Source of the DNA: Rhina ancylostomus
Lineage: Eukaryota
Direction of reading: 5' to 3'
Assembly: GCA_030265395.1 (NCBI GenBank)
Contig: JARFYF010000119.1
Location: forward strand, 45,697,260-45,761,259
Length of the DNA: 64,000 nucleotides
The notes beneath the pieces are model-generated. The model made no database searches. It saw only the letters and a program-made list of their open reading frames with translations, and was not told the DNA's origin. The position numbers and the translations under genes were made by a program. Shown piece after piece: positions 12,471 through 24,420 of the stretch; the first letter of the stretch is position 1; each line of letters begins with the position of its first letter.

Positions 12471-15252
12471 TCCCAACCAGTCCCCCCTCTTCCAAATTCC
12501 AGGGTTATGATTGGACCCCTATCAACAACAACTGGACCAATGTCAGCTAAACCCAATACCATCCTCAACCCCTCCAACTGAACCTGACCTCAGAAAGATT
12601 TACTAAGCTGTACATTTTAAAACTATTCAAGGGACAACAGTGAGCTACCAAAGGACCATCAAGGCATTTGGAGGCAGACCCTCTGGATTTCCCCACCTGC
12701 AGTCTACTCACTACTGAATGCAGTCTGATGAAGTGGGTCAGCTTGATGTACTCTCCATATCCTTAAGGTTAGTGCAGACAACCAAGGACTGCAGGCAACA
12801 GTTTTGGGCAGTGGGCCAGATCCAAGTTGATCGAGTTCAACATGATTAATAGGGGCATTCATTATATCAGTTACCAGCCCTAAATTCCTGCATAACGCAG
12901 ATTTACGGGTGTCCATTTGTTTCATAATCAGCATTCTGTGGGAAAACATAATGGCAAAAGGAGATTTTTATCAGATTTGGTGAGGGCAAGAAAGGAGCAA
13001 TGCAAGTTGTCTAACAATTTGTGGCAAATGGCAACTCATGCCATATCTTTTTTTGTTTGCAAATTGGTATATTTTTAGCAAATTAATAATGATTAATACT
13101 GTTAATGCATTATTAGTTCCAAGGAACCTTAGCCCAATAGCTATAATGCAGCCCAATAGTGCACTTGTGTATTGGCCTAATAAAGCTTGAGAATTTGAAG
13201 GAAAACAGCCCTCTGTCTCTCACCCACAAGTTCCCAAAGTGGTGCTGCCTTCATTCACTCCATTTAATCCAACTGTAATTCAGAGNNNNNNNNNNGAGCT
13301 TGGAGAATGAAGGTGCAATGTTGCAGATTCAACTGGCTTTGGCCTGAATCCCAGAAGCAAAAGAATTGTGCTTTAATTCCATCATTACTCATCTGAAAAA
13401 CATATTTTATAGAAATGAATTGTATGAATGAAGAGCATGGGAAAAATCCAAGTTTTAATAATACTGCATATTTTTTATTAATTAACTTGGCTTTTAAGTT
13501 TTGACTGAAGCAGTTGGTTTATCTGCTGAAATATTGCCAGTCAGGCGATATATCTGANNNNNNNTGACTGTTTAGTTACCCAATAGTTTTAGAAATTTTC
13601 AAGGATCCCACCCAAATATGCAAAGGCCTTTTAAATTCAGTGAAATAACACTTTGTTCAGCTCCGTGCAATTGAAAAATGGCTCATAAAATAAATTGCAA
13701 TAGTGACTAATTCTGGTCACTCCAGAAAGTTGGACATTTCCCAGACTAATTCCCATCCTTCTGCCCTGATCTACTTTTGCATGAGATGATCTCACTCCCC
13801 ACAGAGTACTCCTTTTGGAGCACAGGGGGAATTTATATTGTGTTCCATGTTCCCCCACGTGTGACCATCATTGGCCATGTCTGGCATAGCTCAGTTTTAG
13901 TAGACCAGTTCTGGTTTTAAGCCCCAGTGGGTTGGGTCCCATACCAAGATTTGCTCTTCTAGTGTCCCTTCACTACCATGGCAACAACACTACCTTTTGC
14001 CCATCTGCAGCGATTGTCTGATCCTCAACTATTCCCAGGTCCCTGTTCTTTGGGCCCAACCCCTACCGGCTTAACTAAACACTGCTCCTGTCCACCTTAT
14101 TGCATGCTTTTGATCTTTCTGATCATCCTCCAGGTCATTTGATCTTCAGCCTATGGCCACCAATCCTCTTTTCTCCAACCCTCACCTTTCCCACTGCCTC
14201 GCCCAGCTCCTAGGTCCAGTCTCAGCCCCAGTGACAAGAGTTCCACTATGTAAAAGTGCAACACTCTTCCAATACATTCAAAGCCTTGGGTCATTCCCTG
14301 CTGCTGCTACTGAAGTTCACAGCAGCAGGTCTATGATGAAGCACTCATTAACATGCTATATTAGTCCCCATTGTGCACCCTTATCTCAAGATTTGTGTTA
14401 ATCTTCTTTGGCTGCCATAATAGATGAGGAGAGACTGATTAATTTTTCAGTTTTTGTTTGCAGGTGTTTACTGTAGATCAACCTGTGTTTCTGTGATACT
14501 GGGAATACAGGTACTAGGATCCTTCAGCTGTCATGCTGTGAATCCTTCCCAGAGCTAAATTTTCTGAACAATAGATTTTAGAATTGGTTTCCATTCCATT
14601 GATGAAAAAAATTATCTGTGTATATGCTACATTCAACTCAGTGTTCAAATTAATAAACAGCATTACCCTGAAGTGCTAACGACCCAGGAAAGTGAAAGTT
14701 GGCTGCTTCAGTGATTTCAGAGCATCTACTGCATTCCAGATGTCTTGGGAATTGTTGATAGTTTATTCAAAACAAGTAATTAAAAAGGGACAAAGAAACC
14801 CAGTTATTTCCTGTTTAATATTTGAGGGGACAAACCACAATCCTCTTGGAAAACTAATGTGCTCATGTATGACACTTGGCAATGCTCAAGATCTGACTTG
14901 GGAGAATTTAATTAATTAATGTTGCCAAGTAAAATGTTTCACAATTGACTAATGTGGGGCATAATTATTGCATAAAATTAACATTGCCCATCCAGGGGAA
15001 AGAAGTGTGTTTGCTCAGCCCCCATCCACCAACAAACCGCTTTCTCTTTGCCATCAATTTACCATGGCTGTTCACCATAGAGTGACTTCTCAAAATAATT
15101 CGGCACCACAGCTGATCAACTTTGGAAAAACCCAGTGTGGTTTTTCACCAGCCAGTGATGACTGTTTCATATCAATCAGTTCCTTCCATCGTGCAGCCTT
15201 AAAGAATTCAATCAAATGTGACAGTTAAAGAAAAAAACAAAGATTATAAGCT

Positions 15253-15425
15253 CATTAAATATATTTAAGATAGATTTTTGCAGAGGGCAATTAACGGTTA
15301 TGGGGAAAAGAAGGATTATGGAGTTGAGTCTGCGGCCAGATCGGCCATGATCTTATTGAATGGCAGAGCAGGCTCGACGGGCCAGATGGCCTCCTCCTGC
15401 TTCTATTTCTCATGTTCTTATGTAA
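15253..15425 (+). mobile_element. CR1 LINE 3' tail
   Basis: Closely similar to the tail at 47940-48120. Confidence 0.85.
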
Positions 15426-17306
15426 CGCTGGAAAGGCTCAGCCGGGCAAGCAGAGAAACAGAATTGATGTTTGGGTCAGGGACTCTTCTTCAGAAGTGAA
15501 TAAGTGAGAAATGCTTTAAGTTGCAGAGAGGGGGAGATATAAAGAACAGAGGGAATGTATATGCAGACCAAAGTTGTCAAGGTAACAATCAGCATTTGGA
15601 ACAGAATAATGCAGAAACAATTCATAAGTATGACAAATAGAAAGCGTGATAATTAAAGAGAGTTGGAGATGGCTGCAGTTGCATTATTACCAGGAAAGTA
15701 ATTGCCAGTAAGATGTACCACCAAGTTTATCTAAAGAAAAATGTTTGAATTAATTACACCTCAAACCATAACAGGTAAATGTCAAGCAATTTACATGGCC
15801 AACCTCAATATTAGATACCAAGTATGGCTCATTTAAATCAAACACAAATGTGAAGAAACGTGATTAAAAAGCTTTGTTTTCTTTGAATCCTGCCATCTTT
15901 AAGCACAAGATGAAGCTCAAGTCCTTTGATATCAGGCTGAGGAAATTAAAATAGTAACCCATGTTTATTAGGCCTGGTATTTCAAAATCAGCAGTCTCTG
16001 TGGATGAACTCACATAAATAGATGAGTCACTGACATTGGAGTCTTTCAGCATAATCAAAGGAGAAGGTTGGAGAAGGGACAGTGCTGGAAGGAAAGCCTT
16101 AAAATGTTTCATCGAGCTTCAGACTAGAGGTATCATCTCTCCATTAATTCTTCCCTCAGAATAGAAGGGCTCACACTGCTCAGTTCTTCCTGTGGTTATA
16201 CTTCTGGCTAACAGCTCTGCCACCACCTTGCCAGCTCTGTTGGCTCTAACCCTTGAAGACCTTCAGTCCCCGCTAATCACAGAATATAGCACCTCCCTCC
16301 AGGCATGGATTTTGTCCTGCTGGTCACACCCTAAAAAGTAGGGGTGGAACCCACACCACCTTCCCTCTACTACCTTTTTATCTGCCATACCAGAATCAAA
16401 CCACTTGCTGCAGCAGTGTGGCGTTATGGACTTGGCCATGTTAAGGACTGTTGTGTCAGATCTAAGGTTAAGTGCAAGAGCTACAGAGAATTCAATGACC
16501 AGTCCGTGCATGGCTTCCTTTGTCAGGAAGCATTGCCAAATGAGAACGAATTTGTGCTGTTAAACTAGGATCACAATTGAAAACTCAGGACGTTATGCTC
16601 AGGTGAACCACCACGTGTTAACTCTTCAATTAAAGAGCAAATGAATTCTTAAACCATTCTCTATGGGGCAGTATTTGACTTTCATTACAAACATTAAACA
16701 AATGCACCAGTGTAATATATTGGTTGTACCCTATCCTCAGATATTCAGTTCCATCAAAACCAAACCTGCAGCAAATACTCTCATGCATATTTAGTACTGG
16801 TGATTGATGACTAATTCCCCCACCTNNNNNNNNNNNNNNNNNNNNNNNNNNNNNNNNNNNNNNNNNNNNNNNNNNNNNNNNNNNNNNNNNNNNNNNNNNN
16901 NNNNNNNNNNNNNNNNNNNNNNNNNNNNNNNNNNNNNNNNNNNNNNNNNNNNNNNNNNNNNNNNNNNNNNNNNNNNNNNNNNNNNNNNNNNNNNNNNNNN
17001 NNNNNNNNNNNNNNNNNNNNNNNNNNNNNNNNNNNNNNNNNNNNNNNNNNNNNNNNNNNNNNNNNNNNNNNNNNNNNNNNNNNNNNNNNNNNNNNNNNNN
17101 NNNNNNNNNNNNNNNNNNNNNNNNNNNNNNNNNNNNNNNNNNNNNNNNNNNNNNNNNNNNNNNNNNNNNNNNNNNNNNNNNNNNNNNNNNNNNNNNNNNN
17201 NNNNNNNNNNNNNNNNNNNNNNNNNNNNNNNNNNNNNNNNNNNNNNNNNNNNNNNNNNNNNNNNNNNNNNNNNNNNNNNNNNNNNNNNNNNNNNNNNNNN
17301 NNNNNN

Positions 17307-17570
17307 TTACAGTGCCAGTGACCTGGGTTCAATTCCAGCCGCTGTCTGTAAGGAGTTTATGTGTTCTCCCTATGTCTATGTGCGTTTCCTCCGGGTGCTC
17401 CGGGTTCCTCCCACATTCTAAAGGCGTACAGGTTAGGAAGTTGTGGGCATGTTATGTTGGCACCAGAAGCGTGCCAACACTTGCGGGCTGCCTCCAGAAC
17501 ATTGTACACAAAAGATTCATTTCACTGTGTGTTCTGATGTGCATGTGACTAATAAGGATATCAGCTTATC
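17307..17570 (+). mobile_element. V-SINE (HE1-like)
   Basis: gggttcaattcc B-box, V-domain gtttcctccgggtgctccgg and the shared 3' tail. Confidence 0.9.
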
Positions 17571-18004
17571 TCAAGTATCAATGATCCATTTTTATGAGCA
17601 TAAATTACATATGAGAACTATTAATATCTAGATTATACTATACCATTTTCACTGTTCAGATGTATCCAGTACACATTTTCAGCACAGTTGAATGAAAGTT
17701 ATATTAACATTTCTTGGTATGTTCAATGGACTGTGGACATTCAGTGAAACAACAAAAAATATTGTCTGACACAGCCCATGTTCTATGTAGTGTGAGTACT
17801 TTGAATAACAGAGGTGAAATATTGCTAATGTAGTATCTCTAGTATAATAGTTTCTCTAGTATTATTGCTAATCTCAGTCCTGTTAACTAATATGGACATC
17901 TGAAGTGATAGCAAAAAAATATTAAGCAATAACTTTCCCAAAGCAAACTTGAGTCCATGGGTTACAATCTGCTTAGAAGTACAAGAGCCAGTAGTGGATT
18001 TATT

Positions 18005-18398
18005 AAGATAAGATAAGATTTCTTTATTAGTCACAAGTACATTGAAACACACAGTGAAATACATCTTTTGTGTAGAGTGTTCTGGNNNNNNNNNNNNNNN
18101 NNNNNNNNNNNNNNNNNNNNNNNNNNNNNNNNNNNNNNNNNNNNNNNNNNNNNNNNNNNNNNNNNNNNNNNNNNNNNNNNNNNNNCGCAAGTGTCGGCAC
18201 GCTTCCTGCGCCAACATAGCACGCCCCCAACTTCCTAACCCGTACGTCTTTGGAATGTGGGAGGAAACTGGAGCACCCAGAGGAAACCCATGCAGAGACA
18301 CAGGGAGAACGTACAAGCTCCTTACAGACAGCGGCTGGAATTGAACCCAGGTTGCTGGTGCCATAAAGTGCTATGCTAACCTCTACACTACTGTGCCT
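18005..18398 (-). mobile_element. V-SINE (HE1-like), interrupted by a gap
   Basis: Inverted relative to the 17307 copy; same family. Confidence 0.9.
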
Positions 18399-18602
18399 GC
18401 TTATAGGGTATCTGATTATAGGGATGATTATAGGGTATCTGCTACAGCTGTACCTCTAATTCCAGTAATCTTGTATCTTAACTGCCTTATATATGAAGAA
18501 CAAAACCAATTAGTGCTGTTTCTTTTAAAAAAAACAATAGATTTGTACATTTATGCATTTCACAGCCTTGGACCAACCAAAAGTGCTCAACAACCTATGA
18601 AG

Positions 18603-19600
18603 TTTATTTATTCATTTTTCAGGACCTGGGCTTCACTGACAAGTCCAACCCTTGAGAAGGTGGTGGTGAGCAGCCACCTTGACCTGTTGGAATCCATCTG
18701 GTGAAAGTACTGTCTCAGTGCTGTTGGGTAGCAAGTTCCAGAATTTGGATGTAGGAACAATGAAAATCTAATGATCTATTTCCAAATCAGGAAGGTGTGC
18801 AAACTGGGGCAGGGGTGGTGTTTCCAAGCACCTGGTGTCCTTGGTGGTGGGGGTTGCTGATTTCGGAGGTGCCACTGGAGAAATCTGAACAAGTGACTGC
18901 TGTGTATTCTGTAGGTGGTACACACCAGAGCACTGTGCCCTTGTGGTAAAAGAATCATTGTTGACGGTGGTAAATGAGGTGCCAGTCAGTTGAGCTGCTT
19001 TGTTCTGGATGGTGTTAAACTTCTTGAGGGCTGTTGGTGCTGCAGTCATCTAGATAAGTGGAGAGTATTCTGTCGTGCTATGGATGTTCCCTGTAGATGG
19101 TGGAAAGGCACTGGCTTGTCAGGAGCTAAGCTGCTCAGTGCAGGATCTCCAGCCAGTAATCTGCTCTTTGTAGTCCCTGTGTTTATCTGGCTGGTCTAGT
19201 TGAGCTTCTAGTTAATGGTGAAAGGCCAAATATTGATGGCAGGGCACTCAGCAATGGAAGTTCATTGAATGTCAAGGTTAGATGGTTAGTCTCTGTCTTG
19301 TTGGAGGTAGCCATTGCCTGGCACTTTTGTGTGCGTTACTTGTTATGTATCAGCCCATGCCTGAATGTTATCTCAGTCTTGTTCTATGCAGGCATGGACT
19401 GGTTCATGTACTGAAGACTATTGAATAGAATTGAATACTGGGCAATCATCAGCTAGCATGCCCTCTTCTGACCTTATGATGAGCAGCTGAAGATGGCTGA
19501 ACCCGGGATTGAAGAACTCTTGCTGTAATGTCTCAGGTTGGGATTAATGACCTGCAACAGTTGTGATTTCTTCCTCTGTGGAGAGAATGACTCCAGATAG
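18603..19600 (-). mobile_element. CR1-group LINE (second family), decayed 3' region
   Basis: AAPTALKKFNTIQNKAAQLTG motif; homologous to 43673-44470 and to the tail at 46085-46215. Confidence 0.8.
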
Positions 19601-21939
19601 AATCAGTAATGTGATATAGGAAACAAGGCTTGCAACTTGCATTACGTCACGACACAACACCAGATAATCTGGCCTTTTTTTAGTGATTGTGCTTGAGAGA
19701 GGAATTTCAGTTCTTTGTAAGCCACGTCATGTAGCCCCACTTAAGGGAGCCTCCACCGACTGTCTCATTCAAATTCTGTCACGTCCAATGGCGCATGATT
19801 TCTTTAGCACTGCCCTGGAGTGTCAGCCTGGATTTTCATGCTCAACTTGTTGGAATGGGCTTTGACCTTCTAACTCTGCTGAGCCGGCAATGCCATGCTG
19901 ACACGCATTGCTCTTTGATTACGGTGAGCAGCAATTTTAATCTATGCAGACATACTGCAGCTTAGAAATTTAAAAGGTTTATTAGGTGACATCTTGCATT
20001 AATGTTATTTTTTCCTTAATTGTGATTGACCTGTCACATTGTTACAAGAAGATGCGTTCATCACAAAACACTTCTGTAATTTCCACTTTGCTTGTATAAG
20101 AAACCATTTGTGTTGCGTAAGGCAAACACGATATCAGTCAATTGTGGAGTAAACAAAACCAATGCTCATATGTTTTGGAACCAAAAATGATGACAAAACA
20201 ATTTTATGACTTCCGATATTGCTTGTCATGCAGATTCTTATTTTGTATAAAAAGTTGTACTTTTAGTTAGATGTGAGAATCCATACAATATTCTTTTTCT
20301 ATAGAGCACCTTAAATTTTAACAATGGACTATGTATCATTGTTGATTTCATTATAATGATAACTAATTATAATAAGATTGTATTGATGAAGAGTTTTGCT
20401 GTACTTTACCCTCAGATAAACAGCAAAAATTTGTGTTACTAAAGTTGTGCCAAATTACCAGGAATGACATTATCACAAGGCACTTGTTACTTTTCTTCAT
20501 TTTCTTGTAATGATCAATTCAAATCAGAGCTACCATTTCTGTGCAAGGCTCTTCTTTGTTTCACATTTTCTGATTTTGATTTCCATCTTCCGACACGAGG
20601 CGACTGAGTCATTTGTTAAAACTGCAGAGGTGCGTCCACAATTGAGTCGTCCAGCAGAGTGCAATGCTGAGAGTGCACGTCTCTGGAAAGAGCAGAATCA
20701 TTCTACAGTTTCAGTGCTTGTAACAATCCTTGGCCAAAGGTGGTAGTAGAAAGAAAGTAAATCAGAAAATGGCAACAGGAAGGATTCTAACACAGAGGCT
20801 TTAAGAGCAACTTAAAGCAGGAAAGGGGGAAGAGAAGCAGAGATGTTGAGGAAACAACATTGAGCGCCCTAGCATATCCACAGTGGAACAATTTTAAATT
20901 CATGGGTGATTAAGAGCCCAGAGTTAGAGGAACATAGATGTTCTGGAGCTGGAGGAGTATCCAGAGAGAGGGAGGAGAAGTACTGTGGAGGTTCTGAAAA
21001 CACAGAATTTTGAAATTAAGGGACTGCCACTGGAGGAGCACTGCTTAACACTTACTATCACCTTAAACAGCAAGTCACTCATATTCTAAATTGTGCTACT
21101 CAATCATATAAAAATAATACTAGTATTTTTATTCTATCACATTGTTCACAACCCAAAACAAGCAATCTGAAGCAATTGAATGTTAAGCAGGTCTCATTCT
21201 GAGTATTAATGAATAAAAAACACTAACATTTTACTAGCATAAATATTCTGTGCAATATATCACAAAGGACAGGCTGAACAACTGTAGAGAGCACTTTAGC
21301 TCCTCAAGTACTTCAAGTAACATTGCTGAATGGAACCATATTTAGCACATTGAAGCTTACACTACAGCTACTTGCCACTTTTATTAGTGAATTTTGGAAA
21401 GGTTGATCAATATTCCCCTGTACCAGCACACCTCCAACGATAAAGATCCATAATATGTGTAGATCACTTGTTATTTTTCAATAGTTACCTTTCAGTGAAG
21501 GCACATATCAATGGTGAAATTCACCACTATTTCCATTGTGAATAGAATTCCATTCGCCACTATTCCAGCAAGAATGTGGATAGATCAGAACCTTAAACAT
21601 GGCACAAAGTTCATGGTTTATCAGACAGTAGTGATCCCTGTCTTCAGTGTTGTGGACTACTTCTAACAGGCACCTTAAAGCATTGTAGAAATAAGATAAT
21701 GCTGTCTCTATAAAACTTTCCAAATCCATTATCAAGATGCATTTTGTGAGTTGGTCGTATGTGAGACGGTAAATAGCAGATTTTTGGATGAGGGGAATAG
21801 GAGGATAGTCAGGAAAATAATGGAGCTGGAGGTAACAATGATCTGAATGAGAATTTTGTAACACTAAGGCTGTGGTTTGTGAAGTAGAAGTAAGGAATCA
21901 TTGTACTAGAGAAGGTACCAAAGAAGGAATTGACAAGTA

Positions 21940-22140
21940 AATAACTGCAGATGCTAGAGATCTGAAATAAAAACAGAAAATGCTGGAGATGCTCAACAGG
22001 CCAGTCAGCATCTGTGAAGAGAAAAGATTCATGTTTCAGATCAATGTTCATGAAAGATCATCTACCTGAAATATTAACCCTATTTCTCTTTCCACAAACC
22101 CTGCCTGACCCCTTGAGTTTCTCCAGCAATTTTGTTTTCA
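21940..22140. mobile_element. Penelope-like terminal-repeat fragments in inverted arrangement
   Basis: aaaacagaaaatgctggagatgctcaacagg followed by its diverged reverse complement cctgaccccttgagtttctccagcaatttttgtttt. Confidence 0.7.
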
Positions 22141-22824
22141 TATAAAAACAGAAACTCAGCTTGGGACCAAAGAGCCCACTGAACTTCAGTGATCTATTTC
22201 AGCTTGAGCCTGTGACTCTGGTGGGGTATGGAATTTGCTCCAGAGACTAAATGTGATGATTTAATCTTTCACTGTTTTGCTGGTGTAAGTTATGGAATTC
22301 ATATGTTCATAATCAAAAATATATAATATAATAAAATATATAAAAATATATAATCAAAAATGAAGATTATGAAAGACCAGAGGTCAAAAAGAGGCAATGG
22401 ACAGACAGGCAGTCTTGCTATACAATTAAAGGCAGCTCCAGGCTTTGTATGTCAAGGCAAGGAATCTACACAGAGAATTTTGGTGTTGATACAGTGATGC
22501 AACTAGTTGAGTTGCTGCCTCCTAGCTCCAGTGACCTCGGGTCCTGCCTGTGTAGAGCTTGGATGTTCCCTCGGACACCACAGGTTTCTTTTGTGTATCC
22601 AGTTTCCTCCCACATCCAAAAGATGCGCTGTGGGATTTGACATCATGGATCTGAGAACCAACCACAAATTGGAGAGAAAAAAGGATATAGTTGATGATAA
22701 CAACGAGGAAAGAATTTAGGAAGTGTAGTTTGGGGATTTAGTTTGATGGCTTTGATTGGTAGATGTGTCAATATGCAGGATATGTATTTCCTTCCTTCCT
22801 TCCTTCCCCGCCACCATCACGTTT

Positions 22825-22978
22825 CTGAACGGTCCATGAAACCATGAACATGACCTTGTTATTCCTCTTTTGCACTATTTATTTATTTTTGTAACTTACA
22901 GCAATTTTTATGTCTTGCAGTGTACTGCTGCTGCAAAACAACAACATATGTCAGTGATAATAAACCTGATTCTGATTG
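22825..22978 (+). mobile_element. Rex1/Babar-type 3' tail
   Basis: Ends gtcagtgataataaacctgattctgatt, a short-repeat tail of the kind seen in fish Rex1-type elements. Family assignment is from recall. Confidence 0.55.
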
Positions 22979-23799
22979 GGATGATTCAAAAGATTGGCTA
23001 AAGTGGGGCCCAGGGAGGCACGTTGAGTAACGGGAGTTAAGTAATAATGACATTGAGATACTAGGAATACTGAAATTCATACCTAATAATAGTTATCAAG
23101 AACAATAGAAATTCAAAGAATGATCTGGGAATTAAGAACCTATCAGAGAGAGAACAATGGTGGAATTTGGTTTTCTAATTTTTTTTGTACTGACTAGTTG
23201 GGGTTATATTCACATTTATACAACTAGCCTCTAACTAGAATGCTACAGAAGAAGTAAGACAAATGAAATACATGAATTGAGGCTAGTATTTAATTGTTAT
23301 CAGTGATTAAGATAAATTATTAATTAAGGTCATGAATATATTGCTGTTTAGTAGATAGGGTTAAATAATGATATGAATGTAAAAATGACACTAAGTGTGG
23401 AAATTGCAAAGTCCTACAAAAATCAGTACTAGCTATGTGTTGATAACAAGTTTGCAATTCAGATCAGTGCCTGAGATTGACGTACAATAAATTGATGTAG
23501 TTGATTCTGGATTAGATATTTTAAATAATTGACAGATTAACAACCTTAGAATGCTATTTTGTTTAATAGATTGAGTCTGTATGTGTTCCAGAACTTGCAC
23601 GAACTCAGAAACTTGATTTTGTGAAGATTTTGTATAAATGGCTGCTTTAGTATTCCCAGGACTAACCATATTGACATTTTGAGACATCGGTGGCATGTTC
23701 CCAAAGAAGGACATCCTCTTGCTCCCAGCTTCCTGTCCCTAAGTAGAATCGTTTAGAATACTGATTGGTCTTTTGGATGACTTCAACTTAGAGAGAGAG

Positions 23800-24420
23800 A
23801 ATATGTGACATCAAGGCAATGAATGACTGAGCTGTGCTTAACCACACAGGCATAGTGTAGAGACTACAGCAGTGGACTTGAGGTGCGCCTGTGTTGAATG
23901 AGGAAGAGACGTTATTAGCGATCCACACGNNNNNNNNNNNNNNNNNNNNNNNNNNNNNNNNNNNNNNNNNNNNNNNNNNNNNNNNNNNNNNNNNNNNNNN
24001 NNNNNNNNNNNNNNNNNNNAGGATGTTGAACGTTGAGCTGTAATTGATAAACAGCAGCCTGACGTATGTTGTGCTGTTGTCTAGGTGCTCCAAAGCAGAG
24101 TGGAGAGCCAGTGAGATTGCATCTGCTGTAGACCTGTTGTGGCAGTAAGCGAATTGCAGCGGGTCCAGGTCCTTGCTCAGGCAGGAGTTAATTCTAGTTA
24201 TGACCAACCTCTCAAAGCACTTCATCACAGCAGATTTAAGTGTTACTGGGCAATAGTCATTGAGCCAGCTCATCCTGCTCTTCTGGGCACTGGTATAGTT
24301 GATGCCCTTTTGAAGCAGATGGGAACCTTGGACAGCAGTGAGAGGTTGAAGATGTCCTTGAACACTCCAGCCAGTTGGTCGGCACAGACTTTCGTACCTG
24401 GCCAGGTACACAATCAGGGC
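23800..24420 (-). mobile_element. Rex1/Babar LINE reverse-transcriptase fragment
   Basis: [21 protein letters not shown]...[30 protein letters not shown]...[14 protein letters not shown]...TGAPQ. Confidence 0.9.

Noticed and set aside
17307-18398. tRNA genes or a novel structured RNA suggested by A/B boxes and long inverted pairing
   Set aside because: These are two oppositely oriented copies of a common tRNA-derived SINE with no cloverleaf.
18401-18443. Short tandem ttatagggtatctga repeats resembling telomeric sequence
   Set aside because: The unit is not TTAGGG; it is a local slippage duplication next to a SINE head.
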